A DNA stretch of 64,000 bases, from contig VGTJ01000005.1 of assembly GCA_016874775.1 (NCBI GenBank), positions 5,232 to 69,231 on the forward strand. Direction: 5' to 3'. A program made the translations under genes and the position numbers. How positions within the stretch are numbered: the first letter of the stretch is position 1; every line of letters begins with the position of its first letter. Positions 29,601-39,000 of this stretch are shown piece by piece. This stretch comes from Deltaproteobacteria bacterium. Lineage in GTDB: Bacteria > Desulfobacterota > Binatia > Bin18. The notes below the pieces were generated by a model that ran no database searches, had not been told where the DNA came from, and was given only the letters and a program-made list of their open reading frames with translations.

Positions 29601-32600
29601 TTTGAGGCGCAAGTGGTGCAGTCGCCGGAGCATATTGCGCTCGTGCATGCGGGAGCGGCGCTCACGTATGCCGCCTTGAATCGCGAGGCGAATCGCGTCG
29701 CCCACCAACTGCGGAGGTTGGGTGTCGGCCCGGACGTGTTGGTCGGGCTCTATGTCGAGCCGTCCGTTGACATGCTGATTGGCCTCCTCGCCATTCTCAA
29801 GGCCGGTGGTGCGTATATTCCGCTGGTGCCACAGACGCCAGCCGCCCGCCTGGCGTTTATGCTGGAAGAGACCGCAGTCCCAATAGTCTTAACCCAAGAC
29901 TCATTGATCAATACCGTGCCAGCCACACGCGCACGGGTCTTGAGCATTGAGACGCTGCGGTGCGCAAGCGCACTAGAGAGCAATCTCGACCGGCAAACGC
30001 AGCCCGGCAATCTCGCCTATATCATCTACACCTCCGGTTCGACCGGCCAACCGAAGGGAGTGCAGGTGACGCATGAAAACTTGCTGTACTCGACTCATGC
30101 GCGGCTGACCCACTATCACGCGCCGTTCTCTGGTTTGCTCCTCCTCCAGCCCCTGGGCTTTGATGTTGCGACAGGCTGCATCTTTTGGACATTGTGTCAG
30201 GGGGCGTGTCTCTACGTAGAACCGCGCGACCTTGCCCAAGACCCACAGCAACTCTTGACTCGTATTGTCGAGAGCCAAATCTCTCACATTGTGCTGGTGC
30301 CGCTGTTGTATGGGCCCATGGTTGACCTGGCGACTGCCGAACAACTTGTGTCTCTCCAGGTGATCGTCATTGGTGGCGAACAGATGCCGGTGGAGTTGGC
30401 ACGGCAACACTGGGTCAAGGCGCCGCACGTTGCCTTGTTTAACGAGTATGGACCAACCGAAGCGACTATCTGGAGTAGTGTGTTTGCGGTTGAGAGCGAG
30501 ACGCAACGGCCGCTCATTCCCATTGGTAGACCGACACCGCACAGTCGCATCTATGCTCTCGATGAACGACGCAATCCGGTGCCAGTCGGCGTCGCGGCTG
30601 AGCTGTATATTGGCGGGAGACAAGTCACACGCGGTTATCTGTCCCATCCAGCCTTGACCGCCGAGAAATTTATTCCAGATCCGTTTGCCACTGAACCTGG
30701 TGCTCGGCTGTATCAAAGCGGTGACGTGGTTCGTTACCAGCGTGACGGCAATATTGACTTTCTCGGTCGGAGTGACCACCAAGTCAAGATTCGTGGCTTT
30801 CGCATTGAACTCGGGGAGATTGAGGCACTGCTCACGCAGCATCCCGCCATACGTGAGGCAGTCGTGATAGTGCACGAACGATCTGGTCGCACTGCAGGTG
30901 GGAAGCGCGTCGTCGCGTATGTCGTTCCCGCCACCGCTGCCGTACCCGCAAGCCAGGAATTGCGCGACTACCTGAAAGCTCAACTGCCCGACTATATGGT
31001 CCCGTCGGCGTTTATGTTCTTGCAAACGTTGCCGTTAACCGCCAATGGCAAGCTCGATAGACGCGCGTTGCCCGTACCGGACCGCGAGAGCCGAGAGTCG
31101 GCATACGTGGCGGCGCGCACACCGACGGAAACCCTGTTAGCTGCGATTTGGGAGGAAGTCTTAGGGATCGAGCAGGTCGGGGTTCACGACAATTTCTTCA
31201 CCTTGGGTGGCGATTCGATCCTCAGCATCCAAATCATCAGCCGGGCCAATCGGACCGGGTTCGGGCTGACGGTCAAACAGCTCTTCCAGCACCAGACCAT
31301 CGCCGAACTGGCTCAGGTTGCCCCTGAGCGACAAGTGGTCCATGCCGAGCAGGGGACACTCAGCGGTTCGGTGTCGCTAACCCCGATACAGACCTGGTTC
31401 TTTGACGGGTCACCAGCCGAGCCGTGGTATTTTAATCAGGCGGTGTTGTTGGAGATCATTGCTGGCCTCGATGCGGCGAAGGTGGAACGGGCAATCCATG
31501 CCCTGCTGATCCACCATGACATGCTGCGTGCCCGTTTCTCCTCGTGCAATGATCACGAAGGCGGGGTGGGGCGGTGGGCTGCTGAGGTGATTGGCAGCAG
31601 CGCCACGATTCCCTTCACTGTGCGTGACTACTCCACGCTGTCCGCCGCAGAGCGCAGTGCCGCGCTGTTGGCCGACGCCAAAGAGGCGCAGGCCAGTCTG
31701 AACTTGTCTGATGGGCCACTCCTACGGGTGGTGCTCTGCCGTATGGGCAGCGGCCAAGCGGATCGCCTCTTGTGGATCATTCACCATTTGGTCGTGGATG
31801 GCGTGTCGTGGCGTATCTTGCTGAGCGACCTTGCTACGGTCTTGACACAATTGCAACGCGCCACGCCGATCGCCTTACCGCCAAAAACCACCTCCTTTCA
31901 GTATTGGGCCGAGCGGCTGCAGACCTATGCCGGTTCGCCACAGGCTTCGGCTGAATTCGATTACTGGCTAGAACAGGCAGTGACTCCAACCAAGCGACTC
32001 TCTGTCGACCTCTCGTCTAGCATGGAGGAAAACACCCTGGCGTCTGCGGACCACGTCACCTTGTCGCTGTCCGCAGAGCTCACCCGCGCGCTGCTGCACG
32101 AGACCCCGCGCGCGTATCACACGCAAATCAATGACGTCTTACTGACCGCCCTGGTCCGCGCGTTCTCCGGCTGGACGGGTGATACCAGCTTGCGTGTCCT
32201 GTTAGAGGGCCACGGTCGCGAAGAATTGTTCTCTGAGGTTGACCTGTCGCGAACTGTGGGTTGGTTCACCACTGAGTTTCCGGTTGTCCTGCGCTGTGAC
32301 GATCAGGAAGGACCAGGCACGTCTCTCAAACGCATAAAAGAAACCCTACGGGCAATCCCCAACCGTGGTATTGGCTACGGACTGTTACGGTACCTCAGTC
32401 CAGATGCATCGCTACGCACGGCCTTGAGTGCAGCGCCCGAAGCCGAGGTTAGTTTCAACTATCTTGGCCGCTTTGACCAAGAAGCGCACAGTGAGATCCT
32501 TTTGGGGGAAGCGACGGAACCGACCGGTTCTGTGCAGAGCCCCGTGGGGAAGCGTCGTTTTGTCCTGGAGATCAATGGCCTGGTGCGCGACGGACAACTA

Positions 32601-35600
32601 CAGTTGACCTGGACTTATAGTGCCAACCTGCACACCCGGCGGACGGTCGAGCGCCTGGCTCAGGGGTTCTTTGCCGAGTTAGAAGACATTATTCGGCACT
32701 GCGGCTCAGCCGACGCTGGAGGATATACCGCTTCTGATTTTCCCCTGGCTACAGTGGATGATGCGACGTTGACTTCCCTGTTCCAACGCTGGGGGAACAA
32801 GATTGAGGATGCCTATCAGCTCTCGCCTATGCAGCAGGGCATGATGTTTCACAGTTTGTACGATCGTGGGTCTGGCGATTATGTGATCCAGATGGCGTGC
32901 ACGATGGACGGAGCATTTCAACCCGAGGCGTTTCGCCGCGCCTGGCAACGGGTCCTCGACCGGCATCCGAGCTTGCGTACGGTGTTTCTGCCCGAAGGCG
33001 GCATGGAGGCGCTGCAAGTTGTGCTCCCTGACGTCGCTCTCCCCTGGTACGAATTGGATTGGCGCGGACGCTCCTCTTCACGCGACCATCTCACAGAATT
33101 TCTCCGGGCAGACCGCAGGCAAGGGTTTGTGCTGGACACGTCGCCACTCATGCGTTGCACGCTGATTCGGCTGGAAGAACAGCGCTGGCAGTTTGTCTGG
33201 AGTCATCACCATCTGTTATCGGATGGATGGTGTCTGCCAATTCTGATGCGGGAAGTCTTGCACTGGTATACGGCCTTTATTGGCCATCAGGAGACAGATT
33301 TGCCGCGCCCACGCCCGTACCGCGATTACATAGCCTGGTTAGCGCAACAGGACGTGACGCAGGCCGAAGTCTTTTGGCGAGACACGCTGCGCGGCTTTCA
33401 CGCCCCCACTACCTTTGGCGTAGACCGACCGCCGACTCGCCAGGGGAGTGACACCACCGTACAAGTCGGCATTGGCGAGCCAGCGTCTGTCTATAAGGAG
33501 ATGACACTTGCCCTTGACCCGAGCCTTAGTCAGTCACTGCAGCAGCTCGCGCAGAGCCAACGACTAACACTCAGTGTGATTATTCAGGGAGTGTGGGCCG
33601 CACTCTTGAGTAGGTACAGTGGTGAGCATGACATCCTGTTCGGTGCGACGGTCTCAGGTCGCCCACCTGCGATTGCCGACGTTGACTCGATGGTCGGCTT
33701 GTTTATTAACACCCTGCCAGTGCGGGTGCAGCTCGATGTCACACACACCTGCCTGTCCTTTCTTGCAGCGTTGCAAGAGGCGCAAGTGGCGCGCGAGAGC
33801 TATACCTACACACCCTTGGTGGAGTTACATGCCTGGAGCGAGGTACCACCGCGCCAGCCCCTGTTCGAGAGCTTGGTGGTGTTCGAGAACTACCCAATGG
33901 ATGAGTCGTTGGAGGACCTGGCTGGGGTGCTGTCGATGCGCGACCTGCAACTCCGCGAGCAGACCAATTTTCCGCTCACCTTGACTGCTGCGGTCGCTCC
34001 CCGCATTCCACTCAAGATCGCTTATGACACCACGCGCTTTGATGAGACGGCCATCGCGCGGATGCTTGACCATCTCAAGAATATGCTCAGCGGCTTGGTC
34101 GCCGAGCCACAGCAAGCGCTTGCGACCTGGGCAGCGACGTCACTCATGGGCGAGAAAGAGCGGCTGCACGTGCTGGTGAGCCGCAACCAAACCCAGGTGA
34201 AACATCCCGACCATTGCAAGACGTTCCCAGAGTTGTTTGCGGTTCAGGTTGAGCGCACGCCGTCCCGCACTGCGGTGGTGTTCAGCGATCAGCACCTGAG
34301 CTATGAGCGGCTCAACCAACGGGCCAATCAGCTTGCGCATTACTTGCGTGCCTTAGGGATCGGCCCCGGCGTCTTGGTCGCCCTGTATATGGAGCGTTCT
34401 GTGGAAATGGTGATTGGCCTGCTGGGCATTCAAAAGGCGGGAGGCGCGTATGTGCCGCTGGATCCGACCTATCCGAGCGACCGCATCGCCTTCATGCTGG
34501 AGGATGCGCAGGTCGCGGTGGTCCTTACGCAACCGCAACTCCGTGACGCCTTACCCAAAACCGACGCACATCTAGTGTGCCTGAATGGCACTGGGGATGA
34601 AACAGTCGGTTACTGCGCAGAGAACCCTGTCCCGGTCTCGGGCCCCGATGACCTTGCCTATGTCCTCTACACCTCTGGTTCGACGGGAAGACCCAAGGGG
34701 GTACAAATTACGCAGCGTGCGTTGGTCAACTTTCTGCTATCGATGGCCAAAGCACCGGGACTCAGCGAGGCAGATGTCCTCCTCGGGGTGACAACGATCT
34801 CTTTCGACATTGCCGCGCTTGAACTGTATTTGCCCCTGTTGGTCGGGGCCAGGCTGGTGCTGGTGAGTCGCGACGTGGTCGCCGATGGTTTTCGCTTACT
34901 GACCGTTCTCGAAGAGGCTGGCGCTTCTGTCATGCAAGCCACGCCAGCGACGTGGCGCCTGTTACTAGAGGCAGGGTGGCAGGGGGCACCGCTGCGGCGG
35001 GCACTCTGCGGTGGAGAAAGTTTTGCCCGCGACCTGGCCGCGCAGATGGTAGACCGGCACGTCGAGGTCTGGAACATGTACGGTCCGACCGAGACCACGG
35101 TGTGGTCGTCGATCCATCCAGTCTCACGGCAAGTGAATGACGACGTATCCGAGCCGATTGGTCGTCCCATCGACAATACCCAACTGTACGTCGTCGATCG
35201 CTCTCAGCAACTGCTGCCGATCGGCGTACCTGGCGAATTGCTTATTGGTGGGACCGGCTTGGCCCTGGGCTATCTGGGCCGTCCCGCTCTGACGGCAGAT
35301 AAATTTGTTCCTGATCCATTTGCAACCACGCCCGGTGGTCGTGTGTATCGCACCGGAGATCTGGTCCGCTACCGCGACGATGGCCGCCTGATCTTCCTCA
35401 GTCGCCTTGACCACCAGGTCAAAATTCGCGGCTTCCGCATCGAACTGGGTGAAATAGAAGCAGTCCTCAACCAACGACCGGAAATCAAGCAGGCAGTGGT
35501 CACGACCTGGGAGGCGAGTGCCAACGATCAACGCCTGGCAGCCTACTTGCTCGCGGAGCCAGGCCACACGCTTGAGCAAGACACCGTCTGGACCTGGCTG

Positions 35601-36032
35601 CGGGCTAAGTTGCCAGCGTACATGGTTCCCTCGGAGTTGGTGTTTGTCGATACGCTTCCACTCACGCCGAACGGCAAGCTCGACCGTCGGGCGCTGCCTA
35701 CGCCTCATCGTCAGCAACAGATCGCTTATGTGGCCCCGCGTACGCCGACCGAGGAACACTTGACCCGCATTATGGCAGCGGTGCTGTCCGTGGAACGGGT
35801 CGGGATCACCGATGATTTCTTCGCGCTGGGTGGTCATTCACTCCTGGCCACGAAATTCATCGCGCGTATCAAACACGAGTTACGCATCACCGTGCCCTTG
35901 CCCTTGTTGTTTAGCGAACCGACGATCGACTGGCTGGCAAGTTATATTGACGTCACCCTGTGGGCCGCGCAGCAACACCGTATGGCGCCTGAGATCGCAT
36001 TACACGAAGATGAAGAGGAAATCCGCCTGTGA
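23607..36032 (+). CDS. Trimodular NRPS: C-A(embedded N-methyltransferase)-PCP / C-A-PCP-E / C(DCL)-A-PCP
   Basis: N-terminal docking helix. C1 carries [9 protein letters not shown]. A1 carries [19 protein letters not shown] and YKTGD, with an MT insertion between A8 and A9/A10. PCP1 carries [10 protein letters not shown]. C2 carries [9 protein letters not shown]. A2 carries [19 protein letters not shown] and YQSGD. PCP2 carries [10 protein letters not shown], the type that precedes an E domain. The E domain carries [10 protein letters not shown]. C3 begins [15 protein letters not shown] and carries [11 protein letters not shown], a DCL type. A3 carries [19 protein letters not shown] and YRTGD. 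PCP3 carries [10 protein letters not shown]. The stop overlaps the next start (GTGA). Confidence 0.95.
   Translation: [4141 protein letters not shown]
25831..25861 (+). repeat. 31-nt exact DNA repeat (copy 1) inside A domain 1
   Basis: ctgtcatgcaagccacgccagcgacgtggcg, encoding [10 protein letters not shown], is read identically at 34927-34957 in A domain 3. Confidence 0.8.
26460..27790 (+). other. N-methyltransferase domain inserted into A domain 1, between the A8 and A9/A10 motifs
   Basis: About 430 aa follow the A8 motif [20 protein letters not shown] and precede A10 [13 protein letters not shown]. The insert carries the SAM motif [20 protein letters not shown] and [15 protein letters not shown], matching the NELSxYRYxAV motif of NRPS N-MT domains. 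Confidence 0.8.
31340..32720 (+). other. Epimerisation (E) domain after module 2 PCP
   Basis: [23 protein letters not shown] (E-type HHxxxDG) and [10 protein letters not shown]. It is preceded by the GGDSI-type PCP and followed by a DCL-type C domain ([11 protein letters not shown]). Confidence 0.8.
34927..34957 (+). repeat. 31-nt exact DNA repeat (copy 2) inside A domain 3
   Basis: Identical to 25831-25861. A diverged version of the same block is in the A domain of the next gene (about 38341-38375). Confidence 0.8.
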
Positions 36033-39000
36033 GTTCCATTGACGCACTCATGTCTCAGTTGCGTGAGCTCAATATCACGCTCTGGGTCGACGGTGAGCAG
36101 TTGGGTTGTCGAGCTCCCAAGGGGACCTTGACCGCGCAGTTGACCAAAGAGTTATCCGCACGCAAGAGCGACATCGTGCGCTATCTGCAACAGGCGGAGG
36201 CGCTGACCGCAACCGCAGGCAGTAGCATCAAGCCTGTGCCGCGACATCAACCGCTCCTCCTCTCATTCGGACAACAACGCTTGTGGTTTCTCGATCGTCT
36301 TGAAGGCCCTTCACCAACCTATACGATGCCACTCGCTTTCCGACTCGACGGACCCGTGGATGCCAATGCGTTGCAGCGGGCATTGGTCGAGATCACCGCC
36401 CGCCATGAGGTGCTACGGACAAATTTCACTGTCCGTGATCAACACCCAATTGTGCAGATTCACCAGACGGCAGAAGGGTTCTTTACTGCTCGCGCATTGG
36501 ACGAGCCGTTATCGAGCGCTCGCGCTGAACAAGAGCTGGCGGTTCAGCGGCTGGTCCAGGAAGAAGCGCAGCGCTGTTTCGACCTCAGCGCGGATCGGCT
36601 GCTGCACGTGACTTTGGTGCGGCTGAGCGATAGCGCTCACCTGTTGTTACTCACCCTGCACCACATTGTTGCTGATGGCTGGTCTTTGGGGGTGTTCATC
36701 CGCGAACTTGCCAGTCTGTATGCGGCCTTCAGCCAAGGGCAGCCCTCTCCTCTGCCGCCACTGCCGCTTCAGTATGTCGATTATGCCCATTGGCAACGTG
36801 AGCGCTTACAAGGCGATTTCCTTGCTTCGCAACTCGCCTATTGGCGGACGCAACTGGCTGGAGTTCCCGAAGTGCTTGCGCTACCAACTGACCGCCCCCG
36901 GCCCCCGATCCAAACCTATCGCGGCTGCAGTCTGAGTGAGCTGCTGGACGCTGGATTAACGACTCGGCTGTACGCGCTCAGCCAGACTTCGGGAACAACG
37001 CTGTTCATGACCCTCGCTGCCGGGTTCGCGATCCTGTTGTCGCGCTACAGCAGCCAGCCCGATATTGTCATTGGTACGCCGATCGCAAATCGCAATCACC
37101 CAGACCTTGAGGGCTTGATTGGGCTGTTTATCAATACTCTGGTGCTGCGCTTCGATCTTTCCGGCGATCTGTCAATGCAGGATTTCCTCGCCCAAGTGCG
37201 GCAGACCTGTCTGCAAGCGTATGACCATCAGGATGTACCCTTCGAGCAACTCGTCGATGAACTGAAGCCACCCCGCACGCTCAGTCACTCGCCCCTCATC
37301 CAGGTCGCATTTGACCTGCAGAATACGCCGATGGACAAGGTCGAGATGGCTGGCTTGACCGTGCGATCTCTGACTCAGCCAGCGATTGCTTCAAAGTTCG
37401 ACCTGAGTTTGTCGATAGAGGAAACCGGTGCGCAACTCTCTGCACTGTTGACGTATAATCCCGATCTGTTCGATGAGGCGACCATCCGCCGCATGATGAG
37501 CCACTATCAGGTGCTCTTGGCAGGAATAGTCGCTGCTCCACAATCGCCTCTGTCCCACCTGCCCCTTTTGAGCGAGGAGGAACGACATCACAGTGTGTAT
37601 GCCTATAACGAGACAAAGACGACGTATCCGAGTGAGCAAACGGTGCTCACCCTGTTTGAAGCATGGGCAGGCCAGGTGCCGGACCGTGTGGCGCTGAGCT
37701 TTGCCGACCAGTCGCTGACTTATGGTCAGCTACGGCAACGGGTGAACCAAGTGGCCGCGTATTTACAGACTGTGGGTGTCGGTCCAGAAGTACTCGTAGC
37801 CTTATGCATGGAACGCTCACTGGACATGGTCATCGGGCTCTTAGGTATCCTAAAAGCCGGAGGAGCCTATATTCCGCTTGATCCAGCCTATCCGCAGGAA
37901 CGGCTCGCGCGCGTACTTGAGGACGCCCGCCCGGCGGTGATTCTCACCCAGGAATATCTGGAAAGCGGCTTACCGAGAAGCGCAGCCCAGGTGATTTGCC
38001 TCGACCGCGATTGGCCTGTCATTTCCGCTTTGGATCGAGGCTGTGTACGTCCGTCGCTCACACCCGACAACATCGCTTATGTGATCTATACCTCGGGCTC
38101 GACCGGGCGACCCAAGGGCGTGCAGGTCAACCATCGCGCCTTGCTGAACTTCCTCGTTTCCATGCGCGAGGAACCTGGGTTCACCGAACAAGATGTGATC
38201 CTCGCGATCACCACCATTTCCTTTGATATTGCTGCACTGGAAATCTATCTGCCCCTGACCGTGGGTGCGCATCTCGTCGTGGCCGGACGTGAGACTGTCC
38301 GCGATGGCCGACAGTTACAAGCTGTGCTGCAGAGCCGGAGTGTGACGTGCATGCAGGCGACGCCAGCTACGTGGCGCGTCCTGGTTGAAACAGGGTGGGA
38401 ACCGCTGTCGCCCTTCACTGCACTGTGCGGCGGGGAAGCATTACCTGTCGCGTTGGCTCAGCAACTCTTGCGCAAGGGCGTGCGACTGTGGAATCTCTAT
38501 GGTCCGACCGAGACCACGATCTGGTCGGCTGTCCGTGAGGTCAAAGACAAAGAGTCAGGGGACACTGATGGGCGTGTCACAGAGGGTGTCGAGCCGATCG
38601 GCCATCCGATTAACAATACGCAACTCTATATTGTAGATTTGCATACGCAGCCCCTGCCCATTGGTATCCCTGGAGAGTTGTATATCGGCGGCGACGGCCT
38701 TGCGCGTGGCTATCTGAACCAGCCCACACTGACAGCCACCAGCTATGTGCCAGACCCGTTCTCTACTGTTTCTGGGTCACGTCTGTATCGCACCGGCGAT
38801 CTCGTCCGCCGTGTCCCCGATGGGCGCATCGATTTTCTCGGACGGATCGACTTTCAAGTCAAGATTCGTGGCTACCGCATTGAATTGGGAGAGATTGAAA
38901 CGGGACTGAGCCAGCAGCCGGGTATCAAATATGCCGTTGTCTTAGCTCGGGAGGACACACCGGGTGACAAACGTTTGGTGGCCTATCTCCTTGCCTCGGA

